From a virus (lineage: Duplodnaviria; Caudoviricetes): 25,014 bases of DNA. The notes under the pieces are model-generated. The model did not search any database and was not told the DNA's origin. It worked only from the letters and a program-made list of their open reading frames with translations. The stretch lies in the IMG/VR virus record IMGVR_UViG_3300012914_000008, positions 1 to 25,014 of that record; one strand, 5' to 3'. Below are positions 17,747-25,014 of this stretch, one piece after another; positions within the stretch are counted from its first letter, which is position 1; every line of letters starts with the position of its first letter. The position numbers were made by a program, and so were the translations under genes.

Positions 17747-17980
17747 TTATTTTGGTAGTGTTTCTTTAATGAATTCGTAATAAGTATTCTGCTTTTCTCT
17801 GATTGCTTTAACTCTATCATGTATTGTTACTACTTTCTTTTGGAAGTATTCATCGTATACCCCTAATTCAGTAAGTTTATTTTCTATACCGTCTGCAACG
17901 GCAACAAGAGTACACAATGCTGTTTCGCTATCATGCATCATGTCTAAACATTTCTTAAATATTGGATTGTTGCTATTCAT
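17747..17980 (-). CDS. Hypothetical helical protein (77 aa)
   Basis: Co-oriented ATG ORF filling the gap. Two amphipathic helices. Confidence 0.7.
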   Translation of the reverse strand: MNSNNPIFKKCLDMMHDSETALCTLVAVADGIENKLTELGVYDEYFQKKVVTIHDRVKAIREKQNTYYEFIKETLPK

Positions 17981-17992
17981 GCCGCTTGTATA

Positions 17993-18202
17993 TTAATATG
18001 GTATTGTAATTTCGTATTCATCTGGATTTTCATTCAAAGAAGTTATTCTCTGCTGATCCTCGAAAATAAGCTGTACTTCATTTTGCCCTATCACGCTGAT
18101 GCCTTTTAAATCAAAATATTCATTAGGTAAACTTAGCTTTAGTTCCCAGTCAAGTGGTATACCTATTGAATTACATTTATCAATTAATTGCTGTATTGTC
18201 AT
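17993..18202 (-). CDS. Hypothetical acidic protein (69 aa)
   Basis: Start corrected to ATG 18202 (MTIQQLIDKC), which overlaps the primase TGA (ATGA). Confidence 0.65.
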   Translation of the reverse strand: MTIQQLIDKCNSIGIPLDWELKLSLPNEYFDLKGISVIGQNEVQLIFEDQQRITSLNENPDEYEITIPY

Positions 18203-19185
18203 GCTGCTTGTGTTATTGTATAAAGCATTTGTGAGCATTCATTGTATCCATGATTATCACAAAAATCAGAGACATCTTTATCTTTCTCTGTTATCCGTGG
18301 TACATAGATTTTGTCAAATTCATAGAGTGCTCCATTATGCTTCATATCGTTATCAAATAAAACTAAGATTCTCTTATAAGATCGCTTTAATTTAGCGATA
18401 CATTCTGGTGGTAGCATAATATTTTCGCTACGTGGGGATACTGCTTCATATCCAAATGATCTCAGGCACATTACATCCTTCATCGATTTGGTTATGATAC
18501 ACAGATCGCTGTTGTATCGTAGTTGCAAATATCCCAACACACAGAGTTCATCTAATCCACTTAGGAATTTAAACTTATATGCACCACTTGGGAAATATAA
18601 TTGATACTTATCCCAAATACGATAAGCATATCCTAATCCTTTAGTATAATATGGTAATTTTTGATCTGGATATGTCCAGAATTGTTTAAATGCAGTTGCA
18701 TTATAGTAGTCGAGTATCGGTTGATCTATATGGAAACGTTGCCAGAATGATTCATCTCTGACTTGCATAGGTCTTGAAGTGATAGCTATATCCGGCATAT
18801 CTTTATAATGCCGATTCATCACCTCTTTTATTTTCACAACTTCCCCATCTGGATCTCCTCCTATCCCGAAATCAGCCATTATCTTGAACATGGCTTTCTT
18901 ACGGCTTTGGTACTTAAATAAAATACTTACCAGATCGAATATATCTCCATGTAATCCTAACGCACCATCTTTCCACATGAATTCGTGGTGCCCTATTCCG
19001 TATTTTCTTTCGTAGATTCCAAAGGATGGTTTAATGTCGTCGTTGGCATTTTTTGATTCACGTATAGGGGATGAGTATGTGCCTCCGATAAGTATAGTAT
19101 AATTTAGGTAATGACAATAGAGCGCGTACTCATCGACGCGCTCTAGTATCTCTTTCTCTGCATAGAGAAGGTATTCCCCTTGCAT
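18199..19185 (-). CDS. dnaG: DNA primase, DnaG/TOPRIM family, crAss-like type
   Basis: N-terminal SSPIR...KPSF...WKD...GDIFDLV (CHC2-like domain lacking the Cys ligands). TOPRIM part: IITKSMKDVMCL, AVSP.SE, LFDND, KDVSDF. Confidence 0.85.
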   Translation of the reverse strand: MQGEYLLYAEKEILERVDEYALYCHYLNYTILIGGTYSSPIRESKNANDDIKPSFGIYERKYGIGHHEFMWKDGALGLHGDIFDLVSILFKYQSRKKAMFKIMADFGIGGDPDGEVVKIKEVMNRHYKDMPDIAITSRPMQVRDESFWQRFHIDQPILDYYNATAFKQFWTYPDQKLPYYTKGLGYAYRIWDKYQLYFPSGAYKFKFLSGLDELCVLGYLQLRYNSDLCIITKSMKDVMCLRSFGYEAVSPRSENIMLPPECIAKLKRSYKRILVLFDNDMKHNGALYEFDKIYVPRITEKDKDVSDFCDNHGYNECSQMLYTITQAA

Positions 19186-19198
19186 AGTATTGATTTAA

Positions 19199-19933
19199 TT
19201 ATCCAAATATCGTAGCTGCATTGGTAGTTCCGGCAGGTTTATCACCAGCTGGTTTCTTATCTGCGGCTTCAGAACGCTGAGATGGAGTACCATCATTCAG
19301 ACCATCCTTGATTTCCTGTGGAGTGAATTTAACTTTACTGGCTTCAGCAGGTATATCCATTGGTTCCCAGAAAGGATTATCCTCTACATTCTTTTTACGG
19401 AAAGTAGCGAAATGTTTATCCTTATCCTGTCTTACCAGGAGTAAACGAAATAACAGTGTATCATCATTCAGGAAGGGAGTAATCTCTTCGATGAATACAC
19501 GACATCTGTTTTTATGTACCTGGATAAATACTTCTTTCTTCAGAATTTCTGATTCGTAATTGTCCTTATTGATATCCAGTCCGGAAAATGATTCCTTACC
19601 AATACGAGTATAAGCATCACTGGTAGTATATCCTTTCAGCAAATGAATTAATACCTGTTGTCTTTCAGTTAATTCACGTTGCATAGCACCGGCTCTTTTC
19701 TCCTGGGTTACCGGATTACCTTTACTATCCTTTTCAAATGGCTCCATGGGAGCAAACAGCTTAACAGTTTTCTCGAAAGCAGAAGTATCAATTGCCTCAC
19801 CAGATTGCATAGCTTCAAAAACATTCATTTTGGCTTCCGGAGTATTTTCTTTAAAAGTAATATCCAACACACCTTTATCATCCATAGTTACTGAAGACAG
19901 GTAAACATTCTGTGAGATTCCAACACCGATCAT
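19199..19933 (-). CDS. Putative single-stranded DNA-binding/replication protein (244 aa)
   Basis: Lies between the Sak4-like ATPase region and the primase. Beta-rich N-terminus (GISQNVYLSSV...LDITF) and a flexible C-tail ending in IFG. The function is inference. Confidence 0.45.
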   Translation of the reverse strand: MIGVGISQNVYLSSVTMDDKGVLDITFKENTPEAKMNVFEAMQSGEAIDTSAFEKTVKLFAPMEPFEKDSKGNPVTQEKRAGAMQRELTERQQVLIHLLKGYTTSDAYTRIGKESFSGLDINKDNYESEILKKEVFIQVHKNRCRVFIEEITPFLNDDTLLFRLLLVRQDKDKHFATFRKKNVEDNPFWEPMDIPAEASKVKFTPQEIKDGLNDGTPSQRSEAADKKPAGDKPAGTTNAATIFG

Positions 19934-19958
19934 AATATATTAGTTTGAATTTTGAAAA

Positions 19959-19968
19959 TGCGAATTTA
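19959..19968 (-). promoter_or_regulatory. Putative -7 promoter element for the SSB/primase unit
   Basis: - strand TAAATTCGCA (one mismatch to TAnnTTTG), 25 nt before ATG 19933 and just after a terminator. Confidence 0.4.
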
Positions 19969-19979
19969 TGGGTATAGTG

Positions 19980-20013
19980 AAATAGAAAGAGTAGCCCCGT
20001 AGGGCTATCACTC
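19980..20013 (-). terminator. Rho-independent terminator with C(UACG)G tetraloop
   Basis: - strand GAG-TGA-TAGCCC-TACG-GGGCTA-CTC followed by TTTCTATTT, immediately after the stop at 20015. Confidence 0.8.
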
Positions 20014-20014
20014 C

Positions 20015-20800
20015 TTATCCACGAGGAATTGAATCATTACGATTCTCTTCTTCATTTTCCTGGTCTTCAGGTTTTTCATCAGAGGTTTCTTCTACACCAA
20101 GCGCAGAAGCAGGAGCAAACAGATAGATCTTAGCTTTTTCACGACGCTGCATATCAGCTTTACCTTTTTCTTCACCGCGTACGATTACTTTAGGTAAGAA
20201 GGTTACTTCCTTACTGAATGTTTCAACGATATTGAAATCTTCAAGTTTTTCAACTACCAGCAGATCAACATATTCTCTTTCAGCAGTCAGTTCAATACCA
20301 TAGATCTCCTTTACTGCATCCAATAAAGTAGATTTACCGAAAGAATTAGCACCCTGTTCCATTACACTGTTCTTAGGTGTACCATCTTCTTCATTATAAC
20401 CAACGCTGGAGAACAGATCAACTTTAGCCTGGTCTTTCTGTACAGGTGAAATAAAGAGAGTATCCCCATCAGCTTTGTAGCTAGGCCACCGGCGACTGTC
20501 TATAACATCGAATCCATTTCCGGGACCAGATACGTAGTAATATTCATTCTTAAACTTCTGATCTTCTTCAGTCTGACCCTCCTTTAATGGAAGAGCAACT
20601 TTTGTAATCGTAGCAATTTTGTATTCAAGATCGAATTGATCTACCAGTGCCTGACTAGGGAATACACTACCATCTTTCCACAGGCGAATAGCCAGGGATG
20701 TAGGATTAGGATTCCATTGTTTGCTACGACCACCAGCGGCTCTTGGCTTAACTGATACTTCTTCTAACTTAGCATTCTTTAAAAATTGTAATGCGCTCAT
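20015..20800 (-). CDS. Hypothetical protein with acidic C-terminal tail (261 aa)
   Basis: Clean ORF with an A-rich leader and its own terminator. Tail VEETSDEKPEDQENEEENRND. Confidence 0.8.
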   Translation of the reverse strand: MSALQFLKNAKLEEVSVKPRAAGGRSKQWNPNPTSLAIRLWKDGSVFPSQALVDQFDLEYKIATITKVALPLKEGQTEEDQKFKNEYYYVSGPGNGFDVIDSRRWPSYKADGDTLFISPVQKDQAKVDLFSSVGYNEEDGTPKNSVMEQGANSFGKSTLLDAVKEIYGIELTAEREYVDLLVVEKLEDFNIVETFSKEVTFLPKVIVRGEEKGKADMQRREKAKIYLFAPASALGVEETSDEKPEDQENEEENRNDSIPRG

Positions 20801-20869
20801 AATGTAATTTTGTACGTTTTTTAAAATAGGAGGGTTTCATTTAGATTTGTAACGTCACGGTGATAGTAA

Positions 20870-21670
20870 TTATACTTCGTCGGGTACTACCAGATCCGGT
20901 TCTTCAATATATATTTTAGTCCAATCAAACGGAATACGCAGTCCGGCCAGTCTCGGAAACCTGGAACCCATAGTTGCATTCTCATTCGTTTCAAAGGACA
21001 CCATTAATTCTTTTTTAGTATTACGGTACATATATCCAATAGCATCTGCTTTTGCACATACCATTGAACTCAACTTGCCCGTTAGAGAAATATCAGTAGA
21101 TGATACATTAACGCCACCTTTATCAAGGAGCTTTTCTTTAATGTGAGTAATGAGAATAATGTATTTACATACTCTACTCATCATTTCTATCATCTCTAAC
21201 ATTACTTTTCTGACATGGTAATATCCGGCACCTTGGGGTAAGTCTAATACAGAATCACCTGTAAAGGTTTTTCCTATAGTACTTTCCTTATATCGAACAG
21301 TAGCTTCTATCTCACAATAATCTTCAAGTTTATCCAACGTATCAAGTGCGATAAATTTGTAGGGAAAAGTAACTGTTTGACCTTTAGATGCCTGATCCTG
21401 TCCAATAGCGATAATTTCATTATATAATGTTACTATACCCATACCTGTTATAGCACCACTTTTATCTCTAATAATTGGGCCGTGTATAGAGTTAATAGGA
21501 ACACGTATACTTTCACTTGCTTCTGCTCCTTTCTCAGTATCTGCAATTAAACAACTATTGAGTCTTGAAACTTCCCTAGTCTTACCGACTTTTGGCATAC
21601 CATAAAGTACAAGAATCTTTGGATTAATTTTAGTAGGTTTCATCCTACTCGTGGGCAAAATATCTGGCAT
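20870..21670 (-). CDS. AAA_24 / Sak4-like P-loop ATPase (recombination)
   Basis: LVLYGMPKVGKT (Walker A), DTEKG, IALDTLD (Walker B), GAGY, ILITH, ADAIGYMYR. Confidence 0.88.
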   Translation of the reverse strand: MPDILPTSRMKPTKINPKILVLYGMPKVGKTREVSRLNSCLIADTEKGAEASESIRVPINSIHGPIIRDKSGAITGMGIVTLYNEIIAIGQDQASKGQTVTFPYKFIALDTLDKLEDYCEIEATVRYKESTIGKTFTGDSVLDLPQGAGYYHVRKVMLEMIEMMSRVCKYIILITHIKEKLLDKGGVNVSSTDISLTGKLSSMVCAKADAIGYMYRNTKKELMVSFETNENATMGSRFPRLAGLRIPFDWTKIYIEEPDLVVPDEV

Positions 21671-22887
21671 AATTTTTCAATTTCAGTTGCTTGATTGTAC
21701 CATGGTTGCATATCGCTATTCTTTGGATCAGATGGTAGATCATATACATATCCTGAGCAACCATCCAGGAACAATGGAAATATTTTATTTGATGGCCCAT
21801 ATCTATTTTTCAATAAATAATTGACTATCATACAATCTCCTAATCCTCCAAATTTGGATAGATTAAATCCATGAAAGTTATCTAAATGTGCAGCTGGTCT
21901 GATGTAACCAAATACAACATCTGCATCTCTGTATGTAGCTTTACTATCTCCAAAATCTAATCGACTAGGAGATAGTGAGGCTTCAGTTTTTTTGATCTGC
22001 ATTGTTCTATTAGCTGTCATCATATCTGTAGAAAACTGTTGTATAGCGACGATAGTAGTACCAAATAAATTTCTTAATACAACTGCATACTTGGATAATT
22101 TATCCATTGTCCCTTTAGTATCCAGTCCTGTTTCGTGTGCGGCAAGTGCAAGGTGATCAATCATTAATATAGTGATTGCTCTATTATTCCTTGGTTTAAA
22201 TCCTGTAATAAATCCTTTCTTTCCCTTCTTTTCATCTTCCTTTGAAACCGGTAACCGTTCTACCTTTCCTTCTTTTTCATAGTGAAAAGTAATGATGTCC
22301 TCAAAGATTCTGGTTGGATGTACCATGTGGTCTACAAAGATAATACATTCCATCATTTTTAACACCTGCTGATAAGCAAAAAGAATCATTTTATCATGTT
22401 CTTTTGTTACAGTCATACCTTCAATTCTTCCCATAATATAATCACTAGGGAGTCTTACCTTAAATTTAACAAAGACGTAGTAGCTGATCCATCTGGCAAT
22501 CTTATCGGGTTTACCAATCTCAAAAGAACAATAGAACACTCTAAACGGTCTATTAAGACGGATGGATTCCTCGTATCCTTTAAGGATATATTTGAAATCA
22601 GAGATAGTTGTCTTTCCAACTCCTGAATCAGCTCCTTCCAGATAATATCGTGCGCGGTGGGTGCCATAGATATATTTATTTAAAGCAATTAAACCATTAC
22701 CGAATCCAACATTGTGTCCCTTCAATCCTTCCTTGTACATATGGAGAAATTCATTGGATGGAAGATTTTCCCAATCACCCCATTGTTTCCATAAAGCTGG
22801 ATCTATACCTTCCGGTGCTTCCTGCTCTAATGAAGACTGCCATTCTTTTTCACTCTCATCCAAAGGTAAAGTTGTTATGTTCTCCAT
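21640..22887 (-). CDS. dnaB: DnaB-like (SF4) replicative helicase
   Basis: GADSGVGKTT (H1), SFEI (H1a), MIDHL (H2), AIQQ (H3), GDSKATYRDAD (H4) and the KNRYG arginine finger. Confidence 0.9.
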   Translation of the reverse strand: MENITTLPLDESEKEWQSSLEQEAPEGIDPALWKQWGDWENLPSNEFLHMYKEGLKGHNVGFGNGLIALNKYIYGTHRARYYLEGADSGVGKTTISDFKYILKGYEESIRLNRPFRVFYCSFEIGKPDKIARWISYYVFVKFKVRLPSDYIMGRIEGMTVTKEHDKMILFAYQQVLKMMECIIFVDHMVHPTRIFEDIITFHYEKEGKVERLPVSKEDEKKGKKGFITGFKPRNNRAITILMIDHLALAAHETGLDTKGTMDKLSKYAVVLRNLFGTTIVAIQQFSTDMMTANRTMQIKKTEASLSPSRLDFGDSKATYRDADVVFGYIRPAAHLDNFHGFNLSKFGGLGDCMIVNYLLKNRYGPSNKIFPLFLDGCSGYVYDLPSDPKNSDMQPWYNQATEIEKLCQIFCPRVG

Positions 22888-23368
22888 TATCCAGTGTTTG
22901 TTTGATATGCTCTTTCAATTCGTTTTCACCAGTATCAGCAGCAGCTTTTAATTCCTCATACCCGGTAAGCCAGTCTCCCTGCAGAATGTAATTACTAATA
23001 GCCTTCTTATAACCTACACCACTTTTGTAATAGAGCATAGTACTCTTTACAAGGAGTTCATAATTATAACCTTTTGTTAGTATTTTACTAAACTCCTTAG
23101 CCGCATCAGTACTATATTTATTAGCAAAGTATGGACCAGTCTTAGTTTCTAAACGGGATGGTACTTTAGAATCTAGTATGAATCGTATAAACAAATCGCT
23201 ATCAACTCCTGGTGATATAATTACTAATGCGTTGGGACTACCTGTATTAATAACTCCTCGCTGTGTAGCATGGTCTTCATGAAATTTCTTAGTAAAGACT
23301 AACTTACCATTAGTGGTTTTTATGTAACCATTATCTCTTAAAAACTCAATCACTTGGGTCAGGTCCAT
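22856..23368 (-). CDS. Hypothetical replication-associated protein (170 aa)
   Basis: Overlaps the DnaB start. N-terminal wHTH-wing-like segment (LRDNGYIK...GKLVFTKK) and helical C-domain (YY...YKKAISNYILQGDW..YE). Confidence 0.6.
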   Translation of the reverse strand: MDLTQVIEFLRDNGYIKTTNGKLVFTKKFHEDHATQRGVINTGSPNALVIISPGVDSDLFIRFILDSKVPSRLETKTGPYFANKYSTDAAKEFSKILTKGYNYELLVKSTMLYYKSGVGYKKAISNYILQGDWLTGYEELKAAADTGENELKEHIKQTLDNGEHNNFTFG

Positions 23369-23543
23369 TTACTATAAATTTACAGTATGAGTAATATTGT
23401 TCAGCTTCTTCTATTTCTGCTAAATGTTGTGAAACAGTATTGCCGTCATTATAAACAATTGTACCATCTAAAAAAGCATCTTTAGTTTCATACTCTTTCA
23501 CAACCTTTTGAGCCTCTTCTTCAGTGGGAATCCTACGTTTCAT
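23346..23543 (-). CDS. Hypothetical protein (65 aa)
   Basis: ATGA-coupled to the SF2 helicase and overlaps the next start. Confidence 0.65.
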   Translation of the reverse strand: MKRRIPTEEEAQKVVKEYETKDAFLDGTIVYNDGNTVSQHLAEIEEAEQYYSYCKFIVNGPDPSD

Positions 23544-24733
23544 AGAGTATAAGTTTTAATCCTGCTTTGATTAAATCCACCGAATGCTGATTCATACCAC
23601 TTTTCATCCGATGTATCTTCAGCTACTAATACTCCAACTAAACCCTTATGCCCCGGACGGAAACGAATAGTTCTACCTATGCGTTGTGTTACATCCAATT
23701 CATTGGAATTGAGTTGTACTATTAATATTTGCTCTAGGTCATCAATATTCTTTCCTTCATTCATAGATTTCACTACACCTAAGTAATTAATCTCTTTATT
23801 CTGGAAAGCTATGAGCTTACTATCATCTGTTTTTGAATGATAAGTTTGGCCGGGACAGAGAGCTTCTGCCTGCTCTATACTACCACAGAAAATAAGTGTG
23901 CGTTTACCATTCTTAAGTAGACCTTGCATTGCTTCTGCAGCAACACGTCTTTTAGTTGGTAGATTATTGATGAATTGTGTACGTTTACCCAGGTATGCAA
24001 ACTTAGCTCCTTCTTTTTTCTGTATAACCATCTTCTGTATCATCTTCGTTAGGTACTTATAATATTCTAACTCAGTGCTCATAAATGGTTTGGTAACACT
24101 ACCGGCTTTGATATTCTTAGTCTTAGCATCCAGTTTAAACTTGATTACTTTGACCTCAAAATCTGCTACCAACTCTAATTTAATAGCATCTTCCAATGAT
24201 ACCTTAAAACAGGTGGGGGCTACTGAGTTTATCAAAGCTACTTTGATTCCCGTTTCTTCGCTTTTCTCAGCTTTTGGCAATAAGGCAGTAAGTCCAAGAA
24301 TATGGTATACTTTCTCTGTTTGGTGAAAAAAGCTGCTATTAAGTGTATAATGATGGATTTCATCCATTACCATTAAATCTACATCTTTAGGCGGCTTCAG
24401 CTTATGCAGAGAAGTATATAATACGAAGTTTACTTTTGGTAGTATGTCTTCATATCCCCATTTCCTGAACTCATCCGGCCAATCAACATCTCTTAATGTT
24501 TTAGTAGGCACAACCACATAAACTAACGAATCAAAGTCCCTTTTGAACTGATCCGCTATAGCAATTACGCCTATTTTTGTTTTACCGATACCTGTAGCTG
24601 CTTCAATAGTACCACGATGATTATTTTTCTCCCATGCAGTGATTGCAAAGTTTTGTACAAATCCTTTTCTATCGTTTGGTGAAAGAGGAAGTAGTTGTTG
24701 CATGGTTTCTTCTGTGAGCATTTCTATTGCCAT
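23540..24733 (-). CDS. Superfamily 2 DExH helicase (UvsW/XPB-like)
   Basis: ATGIGKT (I), VVVPT (Ia), DEIH (II), GLTA (III), TLIFC (IV), NEGKNI (V), QRIGRTIR (VI). Confidence 0.93.
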   Translation of the reverse strand: MAIEMLTEETMQQLLPLSPNDRKGFVQNFAITAWEKNNHRGTIEAATGIGKTKIGVIAIADQFKRDFDSLVYVVVPTKTLRDVDWPDEFRKWGYEDILPKVNFVLYTSLHKLKPPKDVDLMVMDEIHHYTLNSSFFHQTEKVYHILGLTALLPKAEKSEETGIKVALINSVAPTCFKVSLEDAIKLELVADFEVKVIKFKLDAKTKNIKAGSVTKPFMSTELEYYKYLTKMIQKMVIQKKEGAKFAYLGKRTQFINNLPTKRRVAAEAMQGLLKNGKRTLIFCGSIEQAEALCPGQTYHSKTDDSKLIAFQNKEINYLGVVKSMNEGKNIDDLEQILIVQLNSNELDVTQRIGRTIRFRPGHKGLVGVLVAEDTSDEKWYESAFGGFNQSRIKTYTL

Positions 24734-24737
24734 GATA

Positions 24738-25013
24738 TTATTTTATAACGAATAATTTCTTAGCAGATCGGGTAGCAGCTACATACTTAATACGGTTACG
24801 TTCTTCAAAGGACCAGTTCTCATCAATATCCCATTCCATACTAATAGCATAGTGATAGGTACTGCCTTGAGATTTATGAGCAGTGACACAGTAATTGTAT
24901 TTAGTCCAGGCAAATCTTCTTTCCAGTGCATAGAATTGTTTCCACATTTCTTTACGTGCCCATTGATCAGTATGACGCTTAGCTACTTCTTCCAGATCCT
25001 TACGAATAGCCTT
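24738..25013 (-). CDS. Superfamily 1 helicase C-terminus (Dda/RecD-like), 5'-truncated
   Basis: YCVTAHKSQGSTY and YVAATRS motifs. Frame stays open to the window edge (KAIRKDLEEVAKRHTDQWARKEMWK...). Confidence 0.9.
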   Translation of the reverse strand, partial: KAIRKDLEEVAKRHTDQWARKEMWKQFYALERRFAWTKYNYCVTAHKSQGSTYHYAISMEWDIDENWSFEERNRIKYVAATRSAKKLFVIK

Positions 25014-25014
25014 A

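Noticed and set aside
20846-20870. Short palindromes (TCACGGTGA, GTAACGTCAC) in the intergenic gap
   Set aside because: Too short, no U-tract, and no second copy noticed in the window.
1-25014. CRISPR array, tRNA, intron/intein, diversity-generating retroelement or invertible region
   Set aside because: No spaced direct repeats, no intergenic gap with a cloverleaf, no RT, site-specific recombinase or homing-endonuclease motifs, and the enzymes appear uninterrupted. Judged by eye only.

Overview
AT-rich, densely coding segment of a tailed-phage genome, most consistent with a Bacteroidetes-infecting, crAss-like (Crassvirales-related) podovirus read in the standard genetic code. Two gene blocks converge on a terminator at ~9575-9608. 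The + strand (1-9553) carries the 3' part of a very large virion protein, two Cys-rich putative tail-base proteins, a small fibre-like protein, a mosaic 979-aa beta-helix tailspike/fibre, and four membrane or Zn-binding genes that look like a lysis block without an endolysin. The - strand (25014-9597) is a replication/recombination block: SF1 (Dda/RecD-like) helicase end, SF2 helicase, DnaB-like helicase, AAA_24/Sak4-like ATPase, two SSB candidates, primase, a Bacteroidetes-type ECF sigma factor coupled to an uncalled 42-aa membrane peptide, small hypotheticals, rIIA/rIIB with a small gene overlapping rIIA between them, a PD-(D/E)xK nuclease and a 5'-3' exonuclease. No tRNA, CRISPR array, integrase, transposase or DNA polymerase was seen. 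All family calls come from motifs recognised by eye, not from database searches.
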